A stretch of 63,827 bases of DNA, the filler included, from Octopus bimaculoides (Eukaryota): the NCBI RefSeq assembly GCF_001194135.2. It is 5 parts of 5 records of this genome, joined end to end, with 100 filler letters (N's around TTAATTAATTAA, not from the genome) between each part and the next. Parts side by side here need not be neighbours in the genome. Positions count along the whole stretch, not along the records: positions 49,113 to 60,469 come from NC_069006.1; positions 60,570 to 62,720 come from NC_069009.1; positions 62,821 to 63,827 come from NW_026349835.1; 2 more parts are not named here. One strand, written 5' to 3'. Both the position numbers and the translations under genes were made by a program. Positions 50,681-63,827 of this stretch are shown piece after piece (the stretch's first letter is position 1; the number at the start of each line of letters is the position of its first letter). The notes beneath the pieces are model-generated. The model saw nothing but the letters and a program-made list of their open reading frames with translations, had not been told where the DNA came from and searched no databases.

Positions 50681-52489
50681 GTGAGATTATTGTATATTTG
50701 TCGTGATATTTTACAGTATTGGCTAATCTTCATCTGCTGGGCAACATCGAAATTCGCGCCGGACTACAATGGACCGAGGAAAGCAAGATAAAAAGCCTTG
50801 GGTTTTAGAGAAACATACTTTAGAATGTTTATAAGCAGGATAAATTTTGTTTTCATTGATGTGTGGAAGACAACATTTGCCTTGAAATGAGAGCAGAAAG
50901 TGAAAGGTGTATGTACGTGTATATGAAATGGATGTGTTTGTGAGAGAGATTTGAGTGTGGTAAAAAGCTTGCTTCACAACCACATGGTTCCGGGTTCAGT
51001 TCCACTGCGTGGCACCTTGGTCAAGTGTTTTCTACTATAGCGCTAGGCCAACAAAGGCCTTGTAAGTGGATTTGGTAGAGGGAAACTGAAAGAAGCCTGT
51101 CGTATATATGTGTGTGTGTCCCGACACCACTTGACAACTGGTGTTTCGTCCCCGTAACTTAACAGTTCAGCCTAAGAGAGCGATAGAATAAGAACCAGAC
51201 TTACAAAAGCGTATGTACTAGGGTCGATTCATTCAAGAAATTTTCAAGGTGGTGCCCTAGCACGGCCACAGTCTAATTACTGAAACAAATAAAAGATTAT
51301 ATCTTCACTGCCAACACTAATTACCGTTTTTTCTTCATAGCAATGCTGGTTGGCATTTGATGTTTTATGGACAGTGCCTAATTTGGTAGCTTCCCTGTTG
51401 AAAGTCTGCTTACTTTTACTGAATTCAAGACATCTAGTCCCATGGAAGCTGATTGGACACTGACCATATCGGCTAACCAGGTGTGCTGCTCTTCAAGCAC
51501 AGTTGAAATAAACCATTTCCCAACTTTGTATCGAAGAAATTCTGACTTTTCGTTTGCATATTTGCCCTGCTTGTCAAATTTTTCTTTCATCTTTTTGAGG
51601 TCGATAAAATAAGTACCAGTCAAGCACTGCTGTCAATGTAATTGACTAACTCCCCCCACTCAAAGCTGTCAGGCTTTGTGCCTACAATAGAAGGAAAATT
51701 TTGCTTCCTCATAACCATAAGATAGATTAAGGTAACATGGGAAATTTCATGGTCGATTTTTTTTTTTTTTAAACAGCTTTAGGTTTTGAAGACTCGACTG
51801 CAAATTATAATATATCTTTACTGCCAATATTACATCTCATTCATGCTTTTTTTTATTAAGGTGATCGACATTTGATGTTTTATAGGGAGTATCTAAGTTT
51901 CCTAATTACATTTGAGAGATCTGATGGGAGGCTGGCTATGTTTGCCAACCAGGTGTGTTGGTCTTAAAGCTATACTCAGTTAAAAAAAAAAAAAAAGGGT
52001 GGCATTTGTTAGCTTTACATCAAAGAAACTTTGATCTTTTGTGTATTTGTCCCATTTGATTTTTCTTCCTCATAAACCATAAGAAGGATTTAAGATAACA
52101 TGTCAGGAAATTTTATGGTAGACAACAATTTTTTTTAGACGCCTTTAGGTTTTGAAAACTGATCAGCAAACGAGTGGCTTAATCTACATATGAAGTCATA
52201 CTGGTACAACTACTGTAGCTTTGCTTTCAAATTTTGTTTGATCATTGAATCAACCCCCAAAATAACCTTAAAGCAAACTGACCAATAAATAAAGTACTGG
52301 ACCACCAACTGTTCAAATCCATTGCAGTTTTTTTTTATTCCAAACCTGTTTCAATCCACATTTAGAGTGACTCGACTTATTTCATTAATCACTCAGTTAA
52401 TCCTCATAAAAGATGTTTTGATTAAGCTGCCAGTTCATTAGCTTGTTTTTCTGAACTGAAAACTTATTATATTTATCTTTTCTTTTCAG

Positions 52490-52501
52490 GTGCTGGCCAA
52501 G
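52490..52501 (+). CDS. INTS11: INTS11 coding exon 2, 12-nt microexon (G-A-G-Q)
   Basis: atttatcttttcttttcag|GTGCTGGCCAAG|gtacga. It supplies the GAGQ residues missing between exon 1 (TPL) and exon 3 (DVGRSC), phase 1-1. Confidence 0.9.
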
Positions 52502-54601
52502 GTACGACATCAAGTGAAAACTGGTTCTTAATTTTTGTTTTTAATAACTTTAACATAAGGAGTTTTTTGTAAAATGGTTGTGATTTCTAGGTTCACAAAT
52601 GACAGCTAAATATGGCCCCAAAAGAAGGAAATTCCACTGGTTTCATTCTTTTGAAAACTAACAAAATATTGTATGTAGCTTCATTGTTTTCATGTGGCAA
52701 GTGTTGGTATACCCCAAAGGTATTTTTCCTGTTTTGAAAAAAGGTAAAAAGTGATATGTGGACAACAGCATTAGGAGAGTAAAAAGCAAACCTTTGATCT
52801 ACGTTGATCCACATGATTGACTCTTATCTCTGCTGTCTTAGCTTTTTATTTAGTTATTTTGTTATGAGCACATTGCCTATAACCCTTTTCAGGGTGTGTT
52901 ATACTGGTGGGAGGGAGGGCAGTATCCTCAAAGCTGGTCCTTATCATTGCAACAGAGTAGGCTCTGTTAAAGGTATTCAAGGGGCCAGGTGTTGGTGTTA
53001 AACTAGGTAACAGAGTGGACTTTGCTAAAGTTACCCAAGGGGTCAGGTAGAGGCTTTAAGCCAACTATCCAAGAAGGCAGTGACAAGGTTTGCACTTTGA
53101 ACACAAAGTGCTGGAACAAATACTGCAAGGTACCCAGTCTCACATTCTTACCATTCCACCATTTCCTCATCTTGGGTGAGTACTTTTTTATTGACCCTGA
53201 AATGGCAAAATCAAAGTTGACCTAAGCAGGGTTTGAACTCAGAAAATAGGGAATCATAACAAATACTGCCGTACATTCTCTCTGATAGAATGCTGGTCTT
53301 TTAAAAGTAGGTATTTCTGTCTGGAGATATTAAACCCAGCACTTCATCCTAATGAATCATTCATCAAATCAAGTACTACCAGGAACAATAAATCGTTTTG
53401 GGGTCTTCTAGTACCTATTTAGGGCTAGGAGGACTGAGCTGTTTGAGAGTTACATTACCACATTACCTGGGCAAGCACAAGATATGAACTGCCATTCTTT
53501 CAACTGGTTATTCACAATACCCTGTTGTGATGTCCATAAGGTAAACTTAGTTCTACATTGTCAAATTATCTAAGCTATTAGTTTGCAACTGACTGATATG
53601 CCATGCAGGAGGAGATATTTCTTTCATTGATTTAAACACTGGAGCTCAATGACTGCTCTATGAACCATCATGGCTCATAGAATCATATAGAACGGTGTAA
53701 TGGCAGAATCGTTACTGGACTGCACAGACGGCTTTTGCAGTATTTCTTTTGGCTCTCTTGTTTCTGAGTTGAAATGCAGAGGTCAACTTAGCTTTTCATC
53801 CTTTAAGAATCAATGAAGTACCAGATGAACCCTTAGGTTGATGTAATTGACTTCTTCCACACCTTGTGCCAAAAGTAAACAGAATTATTTACTTTTAATA
53901 CAGCAGCACAGCTATAATGAGTTCAATTCCATTGAAAGCATATTGTTGTGTACTTTATTACTACCTAATTGTGTTTGTGAATTAGGTACCAGGTCTTTTG
54001 GGAATCTGACATACATTAGACTGTGTAACATTTTATCCAAGGGTAAAATTTATTCTTCATCCACTTAACAATATGAAATCAAGGACTAAATTCCAGTTCA
54101 CATAAATTCCTTAGGGTTTCATAAGGGCTAGTGCTTTTTACAAATTTAACTTACCCCTTAATATTTTACTGCCTCTAAATGTGTATCCCTTAGAAATTAA
54201 CTGTTTCTACCATAATTTAGACATTATCTTAGTTTGTTTTATTTTTGTTCCTCAATGAAATTTATTGGTTTATATTTTAATTAGACAGAGATTCTAGGAT
54301 TTATTAGTTAATATCAATTAGAGGGATTCTATAATTTATTGGTTTATAATAATTAGACAAAGAGATTCTGTAATTGTTTTTCTTAATTAGACAAAGAGGT
54401 CTTATAATTTTATTGTTTTTTAATTAGGCAAAATATGCTGATGTTTTTCTTTTTTTTTTTTAATTAGACAAAGAGAGCCTATACTTTTTTGAAAATAAAA
54501 GGGTTCTGGGCTTATTAGAAATTTAAAAAGAAAATAATAATAAATGTAATTTTACCAATTGTTTGGTACTTATTTGTTTTTTCAATTTTTTTTTTTTCTA
54601 G

Positions 54602-54687
54602 ATGTTGGTCGAAGTTGTATCCTGGTTACTGTTGGTGGTAAGAACATCATGTTGGATTGTGGTATGCATATGGGATTTAACGATGAG
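54602..54687 (+). CDS. INTS11: INTS11 coding exon 3: [29 protein letters not shown]
   Basis: Poly-T...ctag acceptor and gtcagg donor. Near-identical to the INTS11 MBL-fold motif DCGMH. Confidence 0.96.
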
Positions 54688-56246
54688 GTCAGGATTGTTT
54701 CTTAATTGTTTTGTTTCTTCGTTTTTGAAGTTTTGTTTGTTCTCTTGCAAACAATGAAGCTATGATCATTGATTATTGTTTTGTTGTTTTTTTTTCATCA
54801 AATTGTCAATCACAAAATTGCCTCTTTTAAATACAGTGACCAAAACCATTTTTTTAATACTTTTATTCTTTAACAAAAGGCTTTAGTCAATACAAGACTG
54901 AATAGTTAAATTAACACTGAGAAGCTACTGTGTTCTTCAAATCACTTTGAATAGTTGATCGTGAAGTCTATTTAAATCAGGTGTTTGAACTCTCAACTAC
55001 ACTTCTAGATTTGGAACTTTCATGGTGGTGAGGGGTAATTCTTCAATAGGTTCCACTATGAGAACCAGGTTATCGACATACAGTCATTCTGCTATGAGAA
55101 CCCTTACCATTTTTTTCAAGTAAGGGATCTCTTATTTCACACATCTTTAATGGAGCAAAGTCGGAGAAATGGTAACAATGTTACCATTCTGCCAGGTCAC
55201 TTTTCAGATATGTATGTATGTGTTCATATACATACATATACAAGAGGCTTATTTCCATTTGCTTCTACCACTTTCGCCCATAAGCCTTTTGTTGGCTCAG
55301 AACTATTGAAGATGATGACACTTGCTTAAGGTGTGGTGCAGTAGGACTGAACTCAAAACCATGTATTTGGAAAGTCAATTTCTTGACCATACATCCAAAC
55401 CTATTATCACCACGTGAAAAGCACATAGCATACTCTGTTAAGTGGTTGGCATTAGGAAAAGCGTCCAGCTGTAAATACCATGCCTCAACAGACAGCTGAA
55501 GTCTGGATAGCTAGTCAACTCCATGTCAAACTGTCCAACCCATGCCAGGACAGAAAGCAGACCTTAAATGATGATATTTTATATCTGCTTTCTATGCTTG
55601 CATGAGTAAAATTGTTTGACAGGATTCAATGAGTCAGGGGACCTTATCTTTCTCCAATGTTTCATCTTCAGCATGGTTTCTATAGCCGTTTGCCCTTCCC
55701 CACAGGGACTACTTTACAGATTGTGCTGTGTGCATTTTCCCATGGCACCAGCACTGTAAAGGTTGCCTTACCATCAGCAAGACTAATGAGCCCTCTCAGA
55801 CTGTGTTGTCACTGTTCGGTTCAGATACCAGTCACTTAGTCTGACATTTCAAGACATTTGTTTTATCTTCGTTTGTTAACTTTATAGTCAGTTATGGGTA
55901 AATCACTATGTATATAATCATGAACAGGAGAGTGTATACATCAAGTGTAACCCATGTTTGTATTGTAACTTTTATGTCACTTCCATTGTGTATTAGATAC
56001 TACCTAACATCCCGTTGAACCCCTAGTGCAAAATTGATTGGTAAAATCAGCCATAATTGATATATGATAGTGTACACTTTGATTAATATATATATATATC
56101 ATCATCGTCGTTTAATGTCGATCCACATGATTGACTCTAATGTATCTAATACATAATGGAAGTGACATAAAAGTTACAATATATATATATGTAATATAAT
56201 TTAAAAACACGATCAGCATGTAATGTATAAACTCTGTTTTTCTCAG

Positions 56247-56320
56247 AGGCGTTTCCCAGATTTCACCTACATTACCAGGGAAGGAACACTCACCGAACAT
56301 TTGGATTGTGTAATCATAAC
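56247..56320 (+). CDS. INTS11: INTS11 coding exon 4: RRFPDFTYITREGTLTEHLDCVII-T
   Basis: ttttctcag acceptor and gtaagt donor, 74 nt. Matches RRFPDFSYI...LDCVIIS. Confidence 0.96.
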
Positions 56321-56615
56321 GTAAGTAAATCAAACATTTATTCCTCTACATTCTTTTTGTTGTATCTTTACTTTCATCTTTCAATGAAATATAAACAATG
56401 TTTTCTCAAAGTTTAGTAAATATAAAGTTTTAAAATATAGTTTGCAGCTTCTTTCCCACCCCCACTCTTTCTCTCTCTAGATATGTGTGTGTGTGTATTT
56501 ATATATATATATCGGTTCAAAAAAAGGAAAAAGACAAAAAACAACGTGAGGACGTGATACAGATTGTGTTACAAGACGCTCGGGAAAGGAAAGAGAGAGA
56601 GAGTATATATATATA

Positions 56616-56663
<48 letters not shown>

Positions 56664-56666
<3 letters not shown>

Positions 56667-57470
56667 TCATCATCAGCATCATTGTTTAATGTCCGTTTTC
56701 CATGCTGGCATGGGTTGGACGGTTCGACTGGGGTCTGGGAAGCCAGGAGGCTGCACCAGGTTCCAGGCACCGTTTCTACAGCTGGATGCCCTTCCTAACA
56801 ACAACCACAATTGGTTGGTGCTTTTTATGTGCCAACAGCACGGAAGCCAGTCAAGGCGGCGCTGGCATCGGTCATGTTTGGATGGTGCTTTTTACGTGTC
56901 ACTGGCGGTGTGGGGATCACAACTACAATTTCCATTTGATTTTGATGTACTTGACTCAATAGGTCTCCTCGAGCACAGCATGTCACCCTACGATCCAAGG
57001 TACTTTTGAGTGGGCTGGGGCTGATTATGCGACACTGGTGTAAGTTACAGCTGTGAACTCACTTTATTTGCCAGGTTTTCGCAGTCACAACATATCTCCA
57101 GAGGTCTTGGTCTTTCGTCATTGCCTCTGTGAGGCCCAACGTTTGAAGGTCACGCTTCACCACCTCATCCCATGTCTTCCTGGGTCTACCTCTACCCTGG
57201 ATTCCTTCAACTGTTAGGGAGTGGCACTTCTTCACACAGCTCTCCTCATCCATCCATAGTACATGATCATACCAATGCAAACGTCTCTTTTGCACGCTAC
57301 ATCCGATGCTTCTTATGTCCAACATTTCTCTTAGGGCGCTTACACTCTGTCGTGTGTGCACACTGACATTACACATCCAGCGGATCATGCTAGCTTCATT
57401 TCTTTCGAGCCTATGCATGTCCTCAGCAGTCACGGCCCATGTTTCACTGCCATACATATTTATGTGAGAG
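56664..57470 (-). mobile_element. 5'-truncated RTE-clade LINE: C-terminal ORF (57059-57457), 3' UTR and (GAT)n tail
   Basis: ORF MYGSETWAVT...RRLHWYDHV...GRGRPRKTW is typical of the RTE C-terminus. It continues into the abundant ...ccatgccagcatggaaa...(gat)n 3' end. Confidence 0.88.
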
Positions 57471-57813
57471 GCCCAACTGTCCTCTTATTCTTTTCCTTAA
57501 TGCCATGTCAACTTTGGAGATTATCTCTCCTTCGCATATGAAGCTGGCCTTAAACGGCATTTGGTAATTGTTACATTTTCTGCAGGCAGAGATAATTATT
57601 AATAAATCAAGAATTTAAGTTGTACAGTATTTAATATACTTGTATCTGTTTGTTGTTCAAATATATAGTTATTTCTCTTCGCTCATTTTTCTTTAAATTG
57701 TGTGTATATACATGTAATTGTCTGTGTGTGTAATATATATGTGTGTGTGTGTGTGTTATGGTAAAGTGAAAGTTAAAACGATGATGATAATGAAATGTGT
57801 AAATTCGTTTCAG

Positions 57814-57925
57814 ACACTTCCATTTGGATCACTGTGGTGCTCTGCCGTACATGTCTGAAATGGTTGGCTTTGATGGACCTATCTATATGACACATCCCAC
57901 GAAGGCTATATGCCCCATCTTGCTG
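57814..57925 (+). CDS. INTS11: INTS11 coding exon 5: [37 protein letters not shown]
   Basis: tttcag acceptor and gtaagt donor. Contains the metal-binding HxHxDH motif of the MBL/beta-CASP nuclease. Confidence 0.97.
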
Positions 57926-58442
57926 GTAAGTTAAGGAGCTAGATGTTCTGCATCAGGATTTTAAGAATATATCAAGCCATGTTATTGTGTTATATACTAT
58001 AGCATGTGTGTATGTATATATATATAAAAATTCAAAAAAAGCAACACGGATTTTAAAGATGACTGCAGTACGCACGTTTCATGCTACTCCATTTATTTAA
58101 GTAATGTGAGCATTACAGTAAATGCAAAATGCAGAGCAATCTTCAGCTGCACAAAAATGTAGAAAATTACAGTAGAATAGACATATTATAATTGTGGCAA
58201 CATTTAAAATCTAAGTGGGAAGAAGAATACATAAAAATCCATCTAACTGAAAAATGTTTCATAGCCTGTGGCGGAAGTGGCTAGGTGTTTGAGGATTGTA
58301 CTGTGGAATACAGCGAGAAAATCATTACATTATGAATACAATAAAAACATGACTGTATCATTAAGAAACTTGCTTCCCAACCACATGGCTTTGGGTTCAG
58401 TCCCATGCAATGGGACTTGTGAATCAAAAACTTTGACTGGGT

Positions 58443-58630
58443 TTCCTTTAACATTTCAACCAGCCATATCCAGCCCAAATATTCAATCTGTTTTATGTTC
58501 AAACTGGCCAGATCCAACCTCTCACACCTATCAAAATCTCAGAGCTATGAGATAATGCATGATTAATTCAAAACGATGTGAATGAATAAGGATTACATTT
58601 GACAGAAGAATCTGAATGCTAAAAGGTTAA
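58443..58630. mobile_element. Second TTAA-type MITE, degenerate left end
   Basis: Left end ttcctttaacattt and right end aatgctaaaaggttaa. Confidence 0.45.
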
Positions 58631-58744
58631 GTTGAAATAGATAAAAATTTCTTAAGACGGGGGAACAGATTGTGTTAAGGGAGATGGTTGAGTATGTCTC
58701 ATGTAAAAATGCTCTCACCATTAAATGTATGATTTGTATTTCAG

Positions 58745-58861
58745 GAAGATTATCGGAAGATTACTGTTGAACGTAGAGGAGAAACCAACTTCTTCACATC
58801 AGAAATGATAAAATCATGTATGAAGAAAGTAATTGCTGTCAACCTTCATCAGACTGTACAT
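58745..58861 (+). CDS. INTS11: INTS11 coding exon 6: [39 protein letters not shown]
   Basis: tttcag acceptor and gtatgt donor. Matches [29 protein letters not shown]. No later exons were found in the visible sequence. Confidence 0.96.
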
Positions 58862-58897
58862 GTATGTACATGCAACAGATTATTATTATTGTTAATA

Positions 58898-59275
58898 TTA
58901 AACCTTTTGTTATCAACCTGCTTAATACTGTTCCTTGTTCTATGATACAAACCACTTGCTTTAAAGTGATTTAAATTAAAACCTCCAATCAAAGTTTCAT
59001 TTTAATTTGTATTCTAGACACTACCTTAATAAAGGACAAAAATATTTTGCTAGTCGTTATTTTCTAGAATAATCAAAATAGACAGGGTATTACAATAGAA
59101 GCATAACAAAAGTATTAAAGTGATTTAAATTAAATTAAGATGGAATTTTGATAAGTTTCATGTTCCAAACATCCATTTAATAATGACAGTTATCTTGTTA
59201 AATTCTTCATTGTTTCAAAATTAATGGAAACAAAGGCAGTGTATTTCATCAGAAATATGGCAACAAAAGGGTTAA
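58898..59275. mobile_element. TTAA-flanked piggyBac-like MITE (related fragment in reverse orientation at ~6025-6190)
   Basis: Ends ttaaaccttttgttatca and tggcaacaaaagggttaa. Confidence 0.6.
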
Positions 59276-59397
59276 TTCCGGCATTTTACACCTGAACTAA
59301 GAAGACTTTAGAGTCTTCAAGCATTGCTTCAACAATAACCCACTGGTTGAGAACACATTTATTGTAACTTATTCTGAGATACTGGGAAATGTAACTC

Positions 59398-59443
<46 letters not shown>

Positions 59444-60227
59444 CAGAGGCAACTCCAGGTCATCAGTGTCACTCAGGCTCATCACAAATTTTGCATAAGA
59501 CACATGCCTGCTCGAAGAATTTCATGATTTTCTGCAATATTTCTAGCCCCAAATGGCTTATGTTTTATATCTAGCACTATGTCTTTTCTCTATTTCTAAG
59601 TTCAGGGTAAAAATAAAGCCACCCTGCAAAACACAACTCATCTTTACACATAGATGCACAAAATAACAGCAAACAAATAACAACAGTGGAGCGCACAACC
59701 AACATCAACGATCTGACTGTCGCCTGTACTCTCGACAAGAGATGCCAGTTACTCTTTTACACCTGTCAGGCTTGTTCGTATTAACCCGAGTTGCTGGTTA
59801 ATTTTTTGTTCCTTTAAGAATGTTGTAGAACAGAAACTTTTCATAGATTGGAATTTAAATCCTAATCTCTATAGAAATTTATTGTTTCAAGAAAATATTG
59901 AATTTTAAATTTAATTTTTACGATTATAGACAACGACTCAGGCTGTAACTCCTGAGCCTGAATCAGGTGCATGTGAACGATGTCGAGAGAACGTCTGCTA
60001 CAAATGGTATTTTTTGACACAGGGCACCTCTAAGATGACTGCCAGACACTGGATGAAAATAAGTAAACTGCAACCAGGCTCAATAAAAGGAGCCCAAGTT
60101 ATTGGCTGCAATTACTTACTTGAAGTCAGTGTTGGCAGAAATTAAATCAGCTTCCAAATACACATTCACTTTACTAAATTTATACTCAGGCTAATCCCGA
60201 ACAGCCCGTATGCTGGAGTTGCCATTG

Positions 60228-60273
<46 letters not shown>

Positions 60274-60689
60274 NNNNNNNNNNGACAAGAGATGCCAGTT
60301 ACTCTTTTACACCTGTCAGGCTTGTTCGTATTAGCCCGAGTTGCTGGCTAATTTTTCGTTCCTTTAAGAATGTTGTAGAACAGAAACTTTTCATAGATTG
60401 GAATTTAAATCCTAATCTCTATAGAAATTTATTGTTTCAAGAAAATATTGAATTTTAAATTTAATTTTTNNNNNNNNNNNNNNNNNNNNNNNNNNNNNNN
60501 NNNNNNNNNNNNNTTAATTAATTAANNNNNNNNNNNNNNNNNNNNNNNNNNNNNNNNNNNNNNNNNNNNCGCATATATGGTTGTGATGCATGTGCCTGGT
60601 GTACCCTTTTCAGACGGGTAATCATGATGGGTAAAATGGACTTCGTATATTTTACCCCAGTGTCACAACATCGAAAAATTCGAACTTTC

Positions 60690-60795
60690 CCCAAGATACC
60701 CGATGAAAGACTGGAGGGTATATCATCCGAAACATTGTTTTAACAACAAAGATGAGCACAAATATCCGTCAAATGTAAATAATGTAAATAATGCC
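60690..60795 (+). mobile_element. Decayed Penelope-type pLTR fragment with degenerate hammerhead
   Basis: CCGATGA-aagactggagggtatatcatcc-GAAAC-ATTGTT, followed by a short AATGTAAAT duplication. The core and stem II are mutated. Confidence 0.45.
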
Positions 60796-61249
60796 CATCG
60801 TTTGCGCATTTATTAAAAAAAAGTATATTTATTTCCATAATCTTTCACTTTAAGAATCCGTGAAATGAAGAAAATTAATTCAGCGTAATTAAAATTCTGC
60901 AATAACATTGAACGGATATTTTTCATCGTCCTGATATATATTTTTGAAATTGTTGGCGTCCTTGAAACTTTTGGACGGTAAACGCCTATGAAAATCGTAA
61001 ACTACGTGAGAAACACTGATGATCTCATAAAAGGAAATGATTACTTTCGACATATTTTACAATTCTTAAGACAATTTTGGGGTTTTGATCCATTTAGTTG
61101 AAGGACACAAGAATGAAACCAATCATTCCAGGCAAAATGATAAAACGAATTTAGTGATAGAAAATAGGAAACCAGAAAAGTCTTAATTGAGAAAGAAGGT
61201 AAACTATGCTGGATCATGTCAGCATGCCCAGCTGACACGTTATGCGATA

Positions 61250-61520
61250 AGGAAGAAAGAAATGTCGATAGGTATCTCAGGTTAGCTTGGGAGGTATAGT
61301 GGTTGTGGTTGATGAAAAAGGTGGTAGTGTTACCAATAATTGTCGGAGTCCTGGGAACAGTGATTAAACATATCGAGAGGTACAAGTAACAAATAGGGGC
61401 TGCAGCAAGGGTAAAACACTTGCAGAAAACTGCACCTCTTTGACTCGCTCGAATACTCCAGAATGTGCTCGAAAAAGAAGAGGTGTTACCTTATTTCACT
61501 GGTAGTGAACAGCGGACACC
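61250..61520 (+). mobile_element. R4/Dong-like LINE C-terminal remnant
   Basis: RYLRLAWEV*WLW.MKKVVVLPIIVGVLGTV...KHLQKTA...ARIL. The 3' UTR resembles that of 3249-3428. Confidence 0.78.
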
Positions 61521-62444
61521 GTAGTACATTACTAGCGTTAGAAGCTGTGAAAGGATGGATGGATGGATGTATTCTTTTATACCTTTATTCGTTCCAGTCG
61601 TTTCATTGCTGCCAAACTGAAACACGGTCTTCGAGAGTTTTAGTCGAATAAATCGACCTGATGACCTATTTCTTAAACCTAGTATTTCTTCTATAGGCGC
61701 CTTTTGTCGAAACGCTAAGTTACAGAGAGGTAAAGACACCAACACCGGTTGTCACACATGCTGGTAGACAAACACAGGCACAAAGAAACACACACATACA
61801 GGCACACATATACACACACGCGCGCAGCAATACACACGCACATACACACACACACACGACTGAGCTCTTCCACTGTACGTTTACCAAATCCATTCATAAG
61901 GTGTTGGTCGGCCTGAGGTTATAGTAGAAGACACTTGCCTAAGATGCCGCGCAGTGGGATTGTGTCCAAGCATTGAGAAAGATAATGAAATATAATCAGG
62001 ATGTTATCAATATGCAACTCATGACGTAAATAACAAGTGTATATCACATACGAGCGCATACACAGTCATACGAGCAGAAATAGAAGGAATGAAGTAAGGG
62101 ATATAAATCTTTTAGGAGATAATAAACAAGGCTGGATTCCAATTGAGATTAAGACAAATAACATCTGTGACACAGTTTTTTTCTAATTCACCCTCGACTC
62201 TCAGGGAATGACATAACGAAACAAATGAAAGAATCATTGAGTCAGAAATTTACCGAAAATTATCTTTTTAATTGTTTCATTCATTGGACTGTGGCCATAC
62301 TGGGGCACCGTTTTAGTCGAATGAATCGACCCCAGCATCTATCTTTTAAAAGCTGGTAACTATTATATCGGTTGCTTTGCCGAACCGGTATGTTACGGAA
62401 ACGTAACTACACCGATACCCGTTGTGAAGCGATGGTGGAGACAT

Positions 62445-62455
62445 ACATACATACA

Positions 62456-62486
<31 letters not shown>

Positions 62487-63220
62487 GTACGTAAGTATGT
62501 ATACATGCATATATATACGTGCATACGTTTGTATGTATGCATGTATGTATGTATTTATGAATGTACGTATGTACATACATACATACGTATGTACGTAAGT
62601 ATGTATACATACATACATATACGTATGTATGTATGTATGAATGTATGCATGTATGCATGCATGTTTGTATGTATGTATGTATGTATGTATGTATGTATGT
62701 ATATATGTATGTATGTATGCNNNNNNNNNNNNNNNNNNNNNNNNNNNNNNNNNNNNNNNNNNNNTTAATTAATTAANNNNNNNNNNNNNNNNNNNNNNNN
62801 NNNNNNNNNNNNNNNNNNNNATATAATACATACACACGCACACACACATATATATACATACATATGCATAATTATACGTGTGCATATGCATACACACAAA
62901 TATACATACCCATACACATATACACACGTATATACACTCACATACGTACATAGATATACACATACGCACAAATACATTCATATATGTACACATAGATATG
63001 CGCATACATACCTATACATACATACATTCGTACGCATACATACACATACAAACGTACACATACATACGTACATATGCATACGTGCATACGTATACATAAA
63101 GACACACGTACACACATGCGCGTAGACTCACACCTATACAATACACACACACACAATGACATACGTATACACACACATATACACATGTATATACATACCT
63201 ATACATACACATACATACGC

Positions 63221-63286
<66 letters not shown>

Positions 63287-63827
63287 GCGTGCACACACAT
63301 GCATACATTTATAGATCAATTAATAAAGAACAAACCTCTGCTACTATCACCTATACTATTACAGCTGCTTGCACTACTGCAACCACTACCACCAGCACTA
63401 CTACTACCAAAACTATCTGCGATACCATCACCACTACTAATGTCAATGATCACCACTAAAACTACAACATCTACTGTTACAATGATAATTACAACTACCA
63501 CAACAACCATCACCACAACAAGTAGCACAGCAACTGCTGCCAACACAGCCATCACCACCACAACCACAACGACTACCACCACAACCAACACGGCTATAAC
63601 CACTACCGCCACAACCACTACACCAACAACACATACACGATCTCAACCACCGACACAATGCCACCACAGAATCAACGACCACCACTACCGCCACCCTGAC
63701 ACCCCATGCCACCCTGAAACCCCACGCCACCATGACACCCCACGCCACCCTGACACCCCACGCCACCCCACCCCAAAACCACCTCTACTACCACCCATAC
63801 AATCATTACTAACGCCACTATTAGAAC
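62445..63827. repeat. (ATAC)n/(AC)n/(AT)n and ACT/ACC/ACA-rich low-complexity sequence
   Basis: Direct reading of the sequence. Confidence 0.9.

Noticed and set aside
60284-60469. 186-bp near-identical duplicate of 59734-59919
   Set aside because: It is a mini-contig bounded by gaps with only about three substitutions, most likely an allelic or overlap assembly artefact.

Overview
AT-rich eukaryotic draft-assembly DNA with many N gaps, microsatellites and retroelements. The repeat content and gene sequences suggest a coleoid cephalopod, probably Octopus (inference). Recognisable genes: (1) the first six coding exons of INTS11/CPSF3L on +, including a 12-nt microexon; (2) exon 1 of a CPTP/GLTPD1 orthologue on -, head-to-head with INTS11 with 487 bp between the start codons, the arrangement I recall for human 1p36; (3) an intronless 196-aa two-TM protein with PY motifs on -; (4) two 3' exons of a probable C19orf47-like gene on +. 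The rest is SINEs, remnants of RTE, R4/Dong-like, HERO-like, Tx1-like and Penelope retroelements, a Buster-type hAT remnant and several MITEs. The most unusual signal is two unrelated long palindromes (4651-5052 and 20094-20268). Each has a Penelope-type minimal hammerhead ribozyme at its centre, and in both the inversion begins in the stem-II loop. Four TTAATTAATTAA linkers inside N gaps mark artificial scaffold joins, so order and orientation across them are unverified. All alignments were done by eye and homology calls are from memory; no database searches were run.
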